Below, in pieces: positions 8,544-18,597 of a stretch of 64,000 nt of DNA. Position numbers and translations under genes: made by a program. Every line of letters begins with the position of its first letter. Position 1 is the stretch's first letter. The DNA comes from a bacterium (GTDB lineage: Bacteria; Verrucomicrobiota; Verrucomicrobiia; Limisphaerales; J093), in NCBI GenBank assembly GCA_021823625.1, contig JAKANS010000001.1, positions 16,483-80,482 on the forward strand. Reading direction: 5' to 3'. The notes beneath the pieces are model-generated. The model was given only the letters and a program-made list of their open reading frames with translations, was not told where the DNA came from and did no database searches.

Positions 8544-9813
8544 CGGGCTGAGCCGGCGACTTCGATCGCGGCAGCAGAAAGCACAGCGCCGCGGCGAGGA
8601 ACATTCCAGCGCCCAGGAGCGCGAACGGCAGATCGGTGCTGCCGGTCTGTTGTTTGAGCGCGCCCACGAAGGCATTCCCCGCCCAGCCGCCCACGTTGCC
8701 GATGGCGTTGACCAGCCCCATGACGCCGCCCACCACGGCGCGCGGCAGCGCTTCGGCGGGCACGGCCCAAAACGCCGCCTGCCCGGCGAACGGCCCTTGA
8801 ATCGCGACGCACAGGAAGCCGAACGACAGCCAGAACGAGTACCTCGCGGCCAGCACGCTGCCGATCAGGCCCACGCCGCTGAGCGCATACACCCAGGCCA
8901 CGTGCATCCGGCGTTCCTGCCGGCGATCCGAGCTGCGCGAGTTGACGACCATCAACACCGCTGCCACGAGGTACGGCACCGCGTACAAGACACCCGTCTG
9001 CAGGCCGGTGAAATTACGGCCGGGCGATTTCAGCGCCTCGCTCAGGAAGGTGTTGCAGCCGTATGCGGCGCAATTTTGCAGGAAATAGATCGGCACCAGC
9101 ACGAACACCAGCGGGTGCAACAACGCCCGCCAAAACGGTGTCTTGGCCGCCGGTTCGATTTGCTGGGCCTCACGCGCCAGCGTGGTTTCCAAGTGCTCGC
9201 GCTCCTCGGGCGAGATCCATTTCGCGTCGCGGGGCGAATCGCTGATGAAGAACCACCAGATCGGCAGCCAAAGGAACGGCAGCGCGCCTTCGGCAATGAT
9301 GGCCACCCGCCAGTTCGTCTGGCCGAGCAACCAGCCGGTGACGGGCGCGGCGCCGGCCACCGCCAGCGGTTGGCAGAGGATCCAGTAGGCATTGGCGCGC
9401 GCGCGCTCGGCCGTGGGGAACCAGTTGGCCAACAGCACCAGCGTGGCGGGGTACACGCCGCTTTCCGCCACGCCGAGCACAAACCGCATCCACTTGAACT
9501 GGTTGGCGGTTTGCACCAGGCCACAGCCCACGGCCGCGACGCCCCAGGCAATCAGGAAAAGGCTGATCAGCTTGCGCGGACTCCAGCGGCTGGCCAGGTA
9601 GCCACCGGGAATTTGCAGCGCGAGATAACCCCAAAAGAAGATGCCGATGGCATTGCCCTTGAGCTTGTCGTCCATGCCCAGATCGCGCATGGCGGTGGAC
9701 AGGGCGGGATCGAAGGCGAGGGCGACGTTGGTGCGATCCACGTACGAAATCGTGTACATGATCAACGCCACCGGGATGATGCGGAGCCACCGCTCTTGGG
9801 GAATCGTCTTCAT
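8536..9813 (-). CDS. MFS transporter (anion:cation symporter-like)
   Basis: 425 aa from ATG at 9813 (MKTIPQERW). ISYVDRTNVALA motif and 12-TM-like hydrophobicity pattern. Confidence 0.85.
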   Translation of the reverse strand: MKTIPQERWLRIIPVALIMYTISYVDRTNVALAFDPALSTAMRDLGMDDKLKGNAIGIFFWGYLALQIPGGYLASRWSPRKLISLFLIAWGVAAVGCGLVQTANQFKWMRFVLGVAESGVYPATLVLLANWFPTAERARANAYWILCQPLAVAGAAPVTGWLLGQTNWRVAIIAEGALPFLWLPIWWFFISDSPRDAKWISPEEREHLETTLAREAQQIEPAAKTPFWRALLHPLVFVLVPIYFLQNCAAYGCNTFLSEALKSPGRNFTGLQTGVLYAVPYLVAAVLMVVNSRSSDRRQERRMHVAWVYALSGVGLIGSVLAARYSFWLSFGFLCVAIQGPFAGQAAFWAVPAEALPRAVVGGVMGLVNAIGNVGGWAGNAFVGALKQQTGSTDLPFALLGAGMFLAAALCFLLPRSKSPAQPAT

Positions 9814-9968
9814 CGGTGTCGGCGGGCTTCCTAACAGCGACGGGGGCAGGTGTCGATACGATAGGCGGAATTCGCACGAATTTCCGTGGCGCGGGTCCGG
9901 AAGAGTGAAACGCGGCGCAGTGAGCTTTGACAGTTGGGGCACACTGGGGCATCGTCCCTGTCAAGATC

Positions 9969-10292
9969 ATGGAAGAGCACTATCATAATATGGTGGCAGA
10001 CCCGAACGAGTTGACACGCGAGCGGTTGGTCGAGGATTTGCGCACGCTGGTCCACGATGCCGAGCAGTTGCTGAAGTCTGGGGTCGGCGAGGCCGGGGAA
10101 AAGGCGGCAGAATTACGCGCCCGGCTCCAGGCCTCGATCGCGAAGGCCAAAGAGACCTGCCAGCGGCTCGAAGATCGCGCGATCGCCGGCGCCAAAGCGG
10201 CGGATCGCGTCATTCGCGCCCATCCGTACGAATCCATGGGTGTGGCCCTTGGGTTCGGACTGCTTTTGGGCGTGCTGATCAACCGGCGCTAA
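9969..10292 (+). CDS. DUF883 / YqjD(ElaB)-family membrane-anchored protein
   Basis: 107 aa. Helical N-terminus and C-terminal anchor HPYESMGVALGFGLLLGVLI. Confidence 0.8.
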   Translation: MEEHYHNMVADPNELTRERLVEDLRTLVHDAEQLLKSGVGEAGEKAAELRARLQASIAKAKETCQRLEDRAIAGAKAADRVIRAHPYESMGVALGFGLLLGVLINRR

Positions 10293-10296
10293 ACGC

Positions 10297-10686
10297 ATGC
10301 CTTCCGGCGACCCGCCGACCGGCAGCCTTTTCGATTCGCTCCGCCGGATGTTGGAGGCCGTCTTGGGCCTGGCCCAGCGGCGGCTCGAACTGTTTGCCGT
10401 CGAAGCGCAGGAGGAGAAGTTCCGCGTCCTCGACCTGCTGTTTCGCGCCGCGGCGGTGATCGTGCTGAGTTTGCTGACCTTGGTGGCAGCGACCGCCACA
10501 CTCGTGGTTGCCTTGTGGAACACCTCGCCGGTCCTGGTGTTGGTGCTGGTGACCGTGGGCTACGGCCTCGCTGCGGTCGCATTGGCAGCAAGTCTCCGGC
10601 GACGCCTCCGCGAAGGACCGAAGCCTTTCGCCGGCACCCTCGAAGAGTTCCGGAAGGATCACGAATGGTTGGGCAAACCGAAATAA
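10297..10686 (+). CDS. YqjE-like (DUF1469 / holin-X-like) membrane protein
   Basis: 129 aa with two TM helices, directly after the YqjD-like gene as in the E. coli yqjDEK arrangement. Confidence 0.7.
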   Translation: MPSGDPPTGSLFDSLRRMLEAVLGLAQRRLELFAVEAQEEKFRVLDLLFRAAAVIVLSLLTLVAATATLVVALWNTSPVLVLVLVTVGYGLAAVALAASLRRRLREGPKPFAGTLEEFRKDHEWLGKPK

Positions 10687-10967
10687 ACCAGCTCGCCGAG
10701 CACAAGCGTCGCCTCATCGAGGAGTGCGACCGCGAGCGGAGCGCCATTCGTTCGCACGCCCACATGGTCGCCACGAAGCTCAGTTGGATCGAGCAGGTTC
10801 GTGAAATCTACCATCTCGCGCGGCCGGCGGTCTGGGTGGGCGCCTCGCTGGTGGGCTTGCGGGTGGCGTCGCGGCTGTCGCGGGCAGCCCGGTTGCTGGG
10901 CAGCGCGTTCTGGCTGGTGCGCCACGGATCCAGACTGCTCCGCCGGCGACGGGCTCGGGCGCATTGA
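10665..10967 (+). CDS. YqjK-like small membrane protein
   Basis: 100 aa from ATG 10665. Overlaps the previous gene by 22 nt. Charged N-terminus plus a TM segment. Confidence 0.55.
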   Translation: MVGQTEINQLAEHKRRLIEECDRERSAIRSHAHMVATKLSWIEQVREIYHLARPAVWVGASLVGLRVASRLSRAARLLGSAFWLVRHGSRLLRRRRARAH

Positions 10968-11094
10968 CCTGGCTATCCGTTGTTATCGCCCGCCGCTCGC
11001 GTCGCCGTGAGGTCGCCGCCGGCGATGCGCCGATTCGGCGCTCGCGAATCTCCTTGCTGGTCTGGACGCGGCGGTTAGCCTGCAACCCGCTTTT

Positions 11095-11186
11095 GCCAGG
11101 GCCCGCGGAATGTGGACTTACGAACCCCGCCAGGGCCGGAAGGCAGCAACGGTAGTTTGCTCTGCATCTGCCGCGGTCACCCTGGC
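11095..11186 (+). ncRNA. ffs: signal recognition particle RNA (small bacterial 4.5S type)
   Basis: Domain IV signature AGG-GCC-GGAA-GGC-AGCA at 11132-11148. Terminal helix GCCAGGG (11095-11101) pairs with CCCTGGC (11180-11186), and CCGCGG/CCGCGG forms an inner helix. Sits immediately upstream of dnaX (conserved synteny). Ends are approximate, +/-15 nt. Confidence 0.75.
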
Positions 11187-11273
11187 TTGATTTCAACTCC
11201 AAAGGCGGAACGTGGAAGGCGGAATCTCCTGTGCGGGGCGTTCTGCCTTCTCCACTCTGCCGGTCGCCTTGCC

Positions 11274-13073
11274 GTGAGTTACCAGGTCATAGCTCGCAAG
11301 TACCGCCCGCAGCGGTTCGCCGATGTCGTCGGCCAGGACCACGTCACCCAGACGCTGGCCAACGCCATCGCCCGCGGGCGCATCGCCCATGCCTACCTCT
11401 TTTGCGGCCCGCGCGGCACGGGCAAAACCACCGTCGCCCGCATCTTCGCCAAGTGCCTCAATTGCACCGGCGGGCCGAAGGTGGATTTCGACGACGCCGA
11501 CCCGAAATGCGCCGAGATCGCCGAGGGCCGGTCGATGGACGTGCTGGAAATCGACGGCGCCAGCAACAACGGCGTCGAGCAGGTGCGCGAACTGCGCGAG
11601 ACCTGCCGTTACGCGCCCGCCAGTTCCAAGTTCAAGATCTACATCATCGACGAGGTGCACATGCTCTCGGCGGCGGCGTTCAACGCGCTGTTGAAGACGC
11701 TCGAAGAACCGCCGGCGCACGTGAAGTTCATGTTCGCCACCACGGACCCGGAGAAGGTCCTGCCCACGATCCTGTCGCGCTGCCAGCGGTTCGACCTCCG
11801 CCGCATCCCGGCGGCGCTGATCGTGAAGCACCTCGCCGCCATCGCAGCCCAGGAGGAGGTGAAGGTGGACGAAGCGGCGTTGTACGCGATCGCCCGCGGC
11901 GCTGACGGCGGGATGCGCGACGCCGAGTCCACGCTGGACCAGCTCATCAGCTTTTGCGGCAACGAAATCGCCGAGGCGGATGTGCTCTCGATGTTTGGCC
12001 TGGCCGCGCGCGGACAACTGCTCGGTCTGGTGGACGCCGTCATCGACGGCGACGCCGAAAAGGTCCTGCGCGAACTCGACGAACTGGGCCGTAATGGCAA
12101 GGACCTCGGCCGCCTTCTGTCCGACTTGCTCAACCATTTTCGCAACCTGCTGATCTTCCAAGTCACCAAAGGCCAGGCGGCGATGCTGGAGGTGAGCGAA
12201 GCGGAGGCGGAAGCCTTGCGGGCTCAGGCCGGACGCTGTGCCGTCGATGCCGTGACGCGCGTGATGGAGGTGCTGACCGAAACCGAAGGCCGGCTCCGCG
12301 ACGCCGTTTCCAAGAAGATCTCGCTCGAGGTCGCGCTGCTGAAAGCCATCCAGGTGCGCAGCGCGGTCAGTCTCGACTCCGTGCTGGGCCAGCTCAAAGC
12401 CTTGCGCGGCGAGGCCGGCAGCACGCCGCCGGTCGCGACAGCGTCCGCAGCACCGGCCATCGCCGCGGCACCGACACCAGTCCGCAGCGCCGCACCGGCT
12501 CCTGTCTTGCGCGAAGCTCCCGTGCCGGCCGCCGCCGCGCCGGTGGCGACCGCACCCGCGACGCCGGCGGCGGGCGATCTCGCGGCCCACTGGAACGCCG
12601 TTCTCGATGGCGTGGCGCGGACGAGTCCTTTCCTGCGCAATTACCTGCTCAAAGGCTTTGCCGTGTCGCTCGACCGGGAACTGCTCACCGTTGGCTTCCC
12701 CCCGGCCAGCGCGCATTTCCTGCCGCTCATCGACAACACCAAGAACCACAAACTGATCGCGGAAGTGCTCAAGGCGGTGGGCTTGAAAGACCCGCGGGTG
12801 AAGTTCACCCAGCGCGACGCCCCGCCGCCCGAAACACCGGCAACAACCGTCGCTTCAACTCCCGCGCCTGCGCCCGCCCCGGCTGAAGCGCCGCCACCGC
12901 CTGCCGCGCCCGTGCCCTCCGCCACCGAGGCTGCGCCGGCCAAACCGGCCAAATCCGCGATGACGCGCCTCGATCCCAACGCGTTCAAGGACGATCCGCT
13001 CATCAAGGAGGCGGTGGAAATTTTCAAAGGCCGCATTGCCCAGGTGGTTGCCCCGGCGTCCCAATCCTCCTAA
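11274..13073 (+). CDS. dnaX: DNA polymerase III subunit gamma/tau
   Basis: GTG 11274 gives (M)SYQVIARKYRPQRFADVVGQ. Walker A GPRGTGKTT. Ala/Pro-rich linker. Confidence 0.9.
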   Translation: MSYQVIARKYRPQRFADVVGQDHVTQTLANAIARGRIAHAYLFCGPRGTGKTTVARIFAKCLNCTGGPKVDFDDADPKCAEIAEGRSMDVLEIDGASNNGVEQVRELRETCRYAPASSKFKIYIIDEVHMLSAAAFNALLKTLEEPPAHVKFMFATTDPEKVLPTILSRCQRFDLRRIPAALIVKHLAAIAAQEEVKVDEAALYAIARGADGGMRDAESTLDQLISFCGNEIAEADVLSMFGLAARGQLLGLVDAVIDGDAEKVLRELDELGRNGKDLGRLLSDLLNHFRNLLIFQVTKGQAAMLEVSEAEAEALRAQAGRCAVDAVTRVMEVLTETEGRLRDAVSKKISLEVALLKAIQVRSAVSLDSVLGQLKALRGEAGSTPPVATASAAPAIAAAPTPVRSAAPAPVLREAPVPAAAAPVATAPATPAAGDLAAHWNAVLDGVARTSPFLRNYLLKGFAVSLDRELLTVGFPPASAHFLPLIDNTKNHKLIAEVLKAVGLKDPRVKFTQRDAPPPETPATTVASTPAPAPAPAEAPPPPAAPVPSATEAAPAKPAKSAMTRLDPNAFKDDPLIKEAVEIFKGRIAQVVAPASQSS

Positions 13074-13083
13074 GCTCCCGCCC

Positions 13084-13395
13084 ATGTCGAGCATCGGCAA
13101 ACTCATGAAACAGGCCGCGCGGATGCAGCAGCAGATGGAACAGGTGCAGGCGCAACTCGCCCAGCGCACCGTCGAAGCGACCAGCGGCGGCGGCATGGTC
13201 AAGGTCACCGCGAAGTGCGATGGCACCCTCGCCGCCATCAAGATCGACTCGCAGGCCATCAACCCCGCCGACGCTCAAATGCTCGAAGACTTGGTGCTCG
13301 TCGCGGTCAACCACGGCCTCACCCAGGCGAAGGAACTTGCCGCCGCCGAGATGGGCAAACTGACCGGCGGCCTGGGCATGCCCGGCTTGATGTGA
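13084..13395 (+). CDS. ybaB: YbaB/EbfC nucleoid-associated protein
   Basis: 103 aa: MSSIGKLMKQAARMQQQMEQVQ...GGGMVKVT. Follows dnaX. Confidence 0.9.
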   Translation: MSSIGKLMKQAARMQQQMEQVQAQLAQRTVEATSGGGMVKVTAKCDGTLAAIKIDSQAINPADAQMLEDLVLVAVNHGLTQAKELAAAEMGKLTGGLGMPGLM

Positions 13396-13719
13396 CGCGA
13401 CGGATGCCGGACCCGTGAAACGGTATCGGGCTCGGGCATTTGGAATCTCGCCTCGCGACCGGCAATTCCCCGCTGACCGGCGGCATCAGGAACGAGCCTG
13501 CCGGGGAAAATGACTGCTCTGCCCAGCGGTGAATCTGCCCTCAAGTCCGCGGGTGATTACGGTTTCGGCGCCCTTTGTATGTCGTTTTCCAGCTTCCTTG
13601 TTTGGTCCCGGCCAGACGGGAAGCTGAACTCGTTTCCCGCTGGCGCTGGCCCAAGCCGGGCGCGTCAGGTGTCCATTTCGGGCTTGGCGTTGAGGTTGGC
13701 CGATCCCTAGTCTGCCACC

Positions 13720-14904
13720 GTGAGAGCTTCACATGGTGCGGGCCTCTCCACCGCTGGCGTGCGCGGCTACACGCGTCATCGGTCAGGGACCAGCGCTGGT
13801 CTCGCCACCCGCCTGTTCCTTGCGCTGGCCTGCGGTCTGTCGGCCGCCGGCTGCCGCCGCAGCGGACCGGTGTCTGGGCCGCCCCCCACGGTCGTGCGGT
13901 ACGAGCCGGCCCAGCGGCTGGGGGACGTGAAGATGCAGACCCGGCAGACTTACCTCGGCGTCGTCCGCGGCGAAAACGAAACGGACCTGAGTTTCAAGGT
14001 GGGCGGCCTCCTCGACCTGATCGGTTCCGAGCCGGGCAAGAGCTGGGGCGAGGGCGATCCGATCGAGGCGAACCAGGTGCTGGCCCGACTCAAGCAGGTG
14101 GATTTCAAGGCCGAACTCGATTCTTCCAAGGCCCGCGCCGAGTTGGCCCGCAGCCGGTTCGCCCGCGCCGAACAATTGCTCCGCGACCAGGCCATTTCGC
14201 CGCAGGAGTCCGACGTGATCAGGGCCGGCCAGGATGAAGCCCGCGCGGCGCTGGATCGCGCACAGCAGGCCTTCCTCGACTCGACCTTGCGCGCGCCGTT
14301 TGCCGGCCGCGTGCTTGCAAGGCTCGCGACCGGCGGCGAAATCGTCATGCAGGGCCGGCCGGTGCTGCGCATCGCCGACTTGAGCGTGGTGTCGGTGGAT
14401 CTTGGCGTGCCGGACCGGGTCGTGAACCAGATCCGCCCCGGCCAGCACATTCCGCTGGTGGTGACTGCACTCGAGGGGCGCCAGTTCGACGGCGAAGTCT
14501 CGGAAGTGGGCGTGGCCGCCCAGGAAGGTTCGCGGCTGTTCAAGGTGGTGCTGAAGGTGCCGAACCCCAAAGGCGAGCTGCGCTCCGGCATGACCGCCAC
14601 CGCCACTTTCCAGGAGACGCCGCGGGAGTTCCAAGACGCCGTGCTGGTCCGGCTTTCCGCGCTGGTGTCCTGGTCGCAGGCCGGAACCGCCGACGCGAAC
14701 CGCGACGCGCTGGCCGTCTTCGTGGTGGACGATTCCGGGCGCGTACAGGAACGCCGCGTGGAAACCGACGACCTGATTCGCAGTTCGATCGTGGTGACGC
14801 AGGGAGTGAAGCCGGGCGAGAAGGTGGTCGTGGTTGGGGCCAGCCGGCTCCACGATGGCGAACCGGTCGCTGCGCGGGAATTCGTGACGGACCGGGGCGA
14901 TTAG
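13720..14904 (+). CDS. efflux RND periplasmic adaptor (membrane fusion protein)
   Basis: 394 aa with GTG start. Lipobox-like LSAAGC. HlyD-type hairpin and barrel pattern. Confidence 0.85.
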   Translation: MRASHGAGLSTAGVRGYTRHRSGTSAGLATRLFLALACGLSAAGCRRSGPVSGPPPTVVRYEPAQRLGDVKMQTRQTYLGVVRGENETDLSFKVGGLLDLIGSEPGKSWGEGDPIEANQVLARLKQVDFKAELDSSKARAELARSRFARAEQLLRDQAISPQESDVIRAGQDEARAALDRAQQAFLDSTLRAPFAGRVLARLATGGEIVMQGRPVLRIADLSVVSVDLGVPDRVVNQIRPGQHIPLVVTALEGRQFDGEVSEVGVAAQEGSRLFKVVLKVPNPKGELRSGMTATATFQETPREFQDAVLVRLSALVSWSQAGTADANRDALAVFVVDDSGRVQERRVETDDLIRSSIVVTQGVKPGEKVVVVGASRLHDGEPVAAREFVTDRGD

Positions 14905-14916
14905 CGGGAGACAACC

Positions 14917-17900
14917 ATGCCGGCGAAAGCGGACCCAACGACACGGCGCGGCGGCCTGGCGCAATACTTCGTCGAGCATCGCGAGGTCGGCTGGCTGGCG
15001 CTGTTGGCGGTCCTGGTCTGGGGTGGGATTTCGTACCGTCACCTCGCGCAGCAGGAGGACCCCAAGATTCCCGAACGGCAGGCCGTGCTGGTGACGCAGT
15101 TTCCCGGCGCCGACGCGGGCAAGGTGGAGCAACTCGTGACGCAGAAGCTCGAAGCGAAACTCGACGAGCTGGAATCCGTGGAGAAACTCAAGTCCCAGTC
15201 GCGCCTGGGCGTCTCGATCATTTACCTCACCCAACGGCCGGCGACCCAGGCCACGGTGGATCAGGAGTGGGACAAGCTGCGGGCCAAAGTAAGCGAGGCC
15301 CACCTGCCTGAAGGTTGTCGGCCGCCGTTCCTCGACAGCGGCTACGGCGACACGATCACGCTGCTGTTCGCCCTCGCCAGTCCGCCGGCGACCGACGCGG
15401 AAGTCCAGGTGCGGGCGAACCTGATTCGCGAGCGGTTGGCGCGGTTGCGGGCCGGCGCCCCGGCCGGCGGACGCGCGGCGGCCTTCGCCTTCTTCCCGGC
15501 CGACGTGGCCGAAACCTACCGTGCGAGCCTTCTGCAGAAGTTTGTCCACCAACTGGTGCTGGGCGGCCTGGCCACGGAACCCCCGCGGATCGACCGTGGA
15601 GAGGCGTTCATCCTGGCGGACTTCGCAACGCAGGCGACGCGGGCGCAACTGGAGGCGTTCATGCAGCAGTTCCAGCGCGGCGTGGCGGGGAGCGACGGCG
15701 AACTGCCCCCCGATTTTCTCGGCGGCGTGATCGTGATGGGCGAAGCGTCGGACGCGGAACTGCGGCGGCTCGTGGCGGCGGTCACGCCGCCGCGTTACAG
15801 CTACCGCGAACTGGAGTTGGCCGCCGGCAAACTCGAAGACGACCTCAAGCAGGTCGCCAGCGTCGGCCGCGTGCGCAAGCTCGGCGACGTGCCCGAGGCC
15901 CTTTACCTGCTGTACTCCACGCCCAACGTCGAAGGGTACCGGCTGGATCCGTCGTTGGTCATCCAGGCCATCGCCACCCGCAACGCGATCATCCCCGGCG
16001 GCGTGCTGCGCACTGAAGGGCAGAATTTTCCGGTCCAGCTTTCCGGCGAATTCGGGACCCCCGACCCGCTGACCGGCCAGCGGCGGTTCACGGACGATTT
16101 GCTCAACACGGTCATCGGCGTCGCGGGCGAAGGCGGCTTGCAGGCGCTCGGTTCCACAGCGGCGGCCAAAGGCCTGCCCATCTACCTGCGCGATTTGTTC
16201 GAGGTGCGCCGCGGGTACGAAAACCCGATCGGCTTCAAGGTGGACGTGCTGCGGCGAGACGCGCCGGGCCAGCCGTTGCAGGAGCGCCGCGCGGTGCTGC
16301 TCGCGGTGGAGATGAAGGAAGGCAACAGCATCGGGAATTTCAGCCGCGAAGTCCGTCAGGCGGCGAGTACGTTCCAGAATCCCGCCCAGTCACGCCTGCC
16401 GGAAGGCATGGAAATCCTGACGCTCTCGGACCAACCCGCGGCGGTGACCGGGCGCATCCTCCAGTTCACACGCTGCTTCGTCGAAGCCGTGATCGTGGTG
16501 GTGCTGGTGGCTTTGTTGCTGATGGATTGGCGCTCGGCGGTGGTGGTCGCCACTGCCATTCCGCTCACGATCGCGCTCACTTTGGGCGGCATGAGTTTGT
16601 TCCGCGTGCCGCTGCATCAGATCTCGATCGCCACGCTGATCCTCGCGCTGGGGATGTTGGTGGACGACCCGGTGGTGGCGTCCGACGGCATCAACCGTGA
16701 ACTCGCGCACAGCCAGCCGCGGGGCGTGGCGGCGTGGCTGGGGCCGTTCAAACTGCGTCGCGCGATCCTGTTCGGCACGCTCATCAACATCGTGGCCTTC
16801 CTGCCGTTGCTGCTGCTGCCCGGCGACAAAGGCGCGTTCATCTGGGCGCTGCCGGTGGTGGTCACGCTTGCGCTGATCGCCTCGCGGCTCGTGTCGATGA
16901 CCTTCGTCCCGCTGCTCGGCTTCCACGTACTGCGTGGACAGAAAGGGCTCGAAGCCGGCGGCGAAGTGCGGCGGTTTCCGCTGTTCCGGCCGGTGGACCG
17001 CGCGTTGGCGGCGCTGTTGCCGCGCTACCGGCAGTTCCTCGAAAATTCGCTCGGCCGGCCCGGCCGAACCATCGTGGTCGCTTACGGTTTGCTGGCGCTC
17101 AGTTTCGCTTTGGTGCCGTTTTTCGGCCAGCAGTTCTTCCCGCCCGCCGAGCGCAACCAGCTCCTCATTGACCTCGATTTGCCCGAGTCCGCGTCGATCG
17201 TGCAAACTCGCGAGGTCTGCCGCGACGTGGTGCGTCTGCTGTGGCAACACGCCGAAGTGCGGAGCGCAGCCGTGTTTTCCGGCGGCACCGCGCCGCGCTT
17301 CTACTACAATGTTTCGCCGCGCACGCCGGGTGGATTCCTCGCCCAGGTGCTCGTGAACACCGAACGCGCCGACCAGGTCCCGCCGCTGCTGGCGCAGTTG
17401 CGCGAAGATCTGGACCGCGAGATCGCCGGCGCGCGGTGCGTGGTCAAACAGCTCGAACAAGGCCCGCCGGTCGAGACGCCCATCCAGATTCGCCTGACCG
17501 GCGCGAACCTGGACGAACTGCGCCGCCTCGCCGACCAGGTCACGACGGAATTGCACCATGCCGGCGCCTATAAAATCCACGACGACCTGGGCCGCCGCAT
17601 GCCTACCCTCGAGATCGACATCGACCAGGAGCGCGCGAATTCGCTCGGCATCGACAACGCCCAGATCGGCCGGCTCAGCCAGGCGGCGTTTCAAGGCGTG
17701 CCCGTCACGGAGTTGCGCGACGGCGACCGGCTGATCCCCGTCACCATCCGCCTGCGCACCGAAGAGCGGAACGAGGCCGACAAAATCCGGAGCCTGTATG
17801 TCCGCTCCGCGCGCGATCAGCTTGTGCCGCTCGACAATTTCGCCTCGGTCCGGCTCGCGCCGCAGTATGCGACGATCGCCCATTTCAACCAGCGCCGCGC

Positions 17901-18537
17901 GGTCACGGTGAAGGCGTTCTCGATGGTGGGCGAACTGCCGTCGCGGGTGCTGGCCCGCGCCCGGCCGGGCCTTGAACGACTGGAACGGCCGCCGGGTTAC
18001 CGCTTGGAGTTTGCGGGCGAAGACAAGGAATTGAAGCAAAGCCGCGCGGAAATGGGCGGGGTCATGGCCGTCTCGCTCTCGCTGATCGCGCTGGCGCTGG
18101 TCATCCAGTTCAACTCGGTCACGAAAGCCGTGGTGGTGCTGCTGACGGTACCGCTGGGTTTGATCGGCGCGTTCGTGGGGGTGGCGGCGTTCCGCGCGCC
18201 GTTCGGCTTCATGGCCTTGCTCGGGCTGGTCAGCCTGGCCGGCGTGATCGTCAGCCACATCATCGTGTTGAGCGACTTCATCGAAGAAGCGCGGGCGGAA
18301 GGCATGGAACTCAAGCAGGCGTTGGTGCAAGCAGGCCTGGTGCGGCTCCGGGCCGTGCTGGTGACCGTGCTGGCGACGGTGGGCGGCCTGGTGCCGTTGG
18401 CGGTGAGCGGCGGCGAATTGTGGAAGCCGCTCACGGCCGTGCATATTTTTGGCCTGCTGTTCGCAACGCTGCTGACCCTGGTTCTGCTGCCCACGCTCTA
18501 CTACCTCTTCGCGACCCGGCTGCGGTTGATCAAGTAA
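14917..18537 (+). CDS. efflux RND permease (AcrB/AcrD/AcrF family) with an extra periplasmic insert
   Basis: 1206 aa with a 12-TM RND layout. About 120-135 extra residues lie between ITLLFALASPP and YSYRELELAAGKLEDDL. Confidence 0.9.
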   Translation: MPAKADPTTRRGGLAQYFVEHREVGWLALLAVLVWGGISYRHLAQQEDPKIPERQAVLVTQFPGADAGKVEQLVTQKLEAKLDELESVEKLKSQSRLGVSIIYLTQRPATQATVDQEWDKLRAKVSEAHLPEGCRPPFLDSGYGDTITLLFALASPPATDAEVQVRANLIRERLARLRAGAPAGGRAAAFAFFPADVAETYRASLLQKFVHQLVLGGLATEPPRIDRGEAFILADFATQATRAQLEAFMQQFQRGVAGSDGELPPDFLGGVIVMGEASDAELRRLVAAVTPPRYSYRELELAAGKLEDDLKQVASVGRVRKLGDVPEALYLLYSTPNVEGYRLDPSLVIQAIATRNAIIPGGVLRTEGQNFPVQLSGEFGTPDPLTGQRRFTDDLLNTVIGVAGEGGLQALGSTAAAKGLPIYLRDLFEVRRGYENPIGFKVDVLRRDAPGQPLQERRAVLLAVEMKEGNSIGNFSREVRQAASTFQNPAQSRLPEGMEILTLSDQPAAVTGRILQFTRCFVEAVIVVVLVALLLMDWRSAVVVATAIPLTIALTLGGMSLFRVPLHQISIATLILALGMLVDDPVVASDGINRELAHSQPRGVAAWLGPFKLRRAILFGTLINIVAFLPLLLLPGDKGAFIWALPVVVTLALIASRLVSMTFVPLLGFHVLRGQKGLEAGGEVRRFPLFRPVDRALAALLPRYRQFLENSLGRPGRTIVVAYGLLALSFALVPFFGQQFFPPAERNQLLIDLDLPESASIVQTREVCRDVVRLLWQHAEVRSAAVFSGGTAPRFYYNVSPRTPGGFLAQVLVNTERADQVPPLLAQLREDLDREIAGARCVVKQLEQGPPVETPIQIRLTGANLDELRRLADQVTTELHHAGAYKIHDDLGRRMPTLEIDIDQERANSLGIDNAQIGRLSQAAFQGVPVTELRDGDRLIPVTIRLRTEERNEADKIRSLYVRSARDQLVPLDNFASVRLAPQYATIAHFNQRRAVTVKAFSMVGELPSRVLARARPGLERLERPPGYRLEFAGEDKELKQSRAEMGGVMAVSLSLIALALVIQFNSVTKAVVVLLTVPLGLIGAFVGVAAFRAPFGFMALLGLVSLAGVIVSHIIVLSDFIEEARAEGMELKQALVQAGLVRLRAVLVTVLATVGGLVPLAVSGGELWKPLTAVHIFGLLFATLLTLVLLPTLYYLFATRLRLIK

Positions 18538-18597
18538 AGGCCCGCCGCTCGCGGTCGCGCCTGGACGCCAGCAGGCAGCGCGGTTAGAAAGCGCGCC

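Noticed and set aside
12300-12700. Programmed frameshift or slippage site for a DnaX gamma isoform.
   Set aside because: There is no A-rich slippery heptamer or poly-A run in the expected linker region. That region is simply Ala/Pro-rich.
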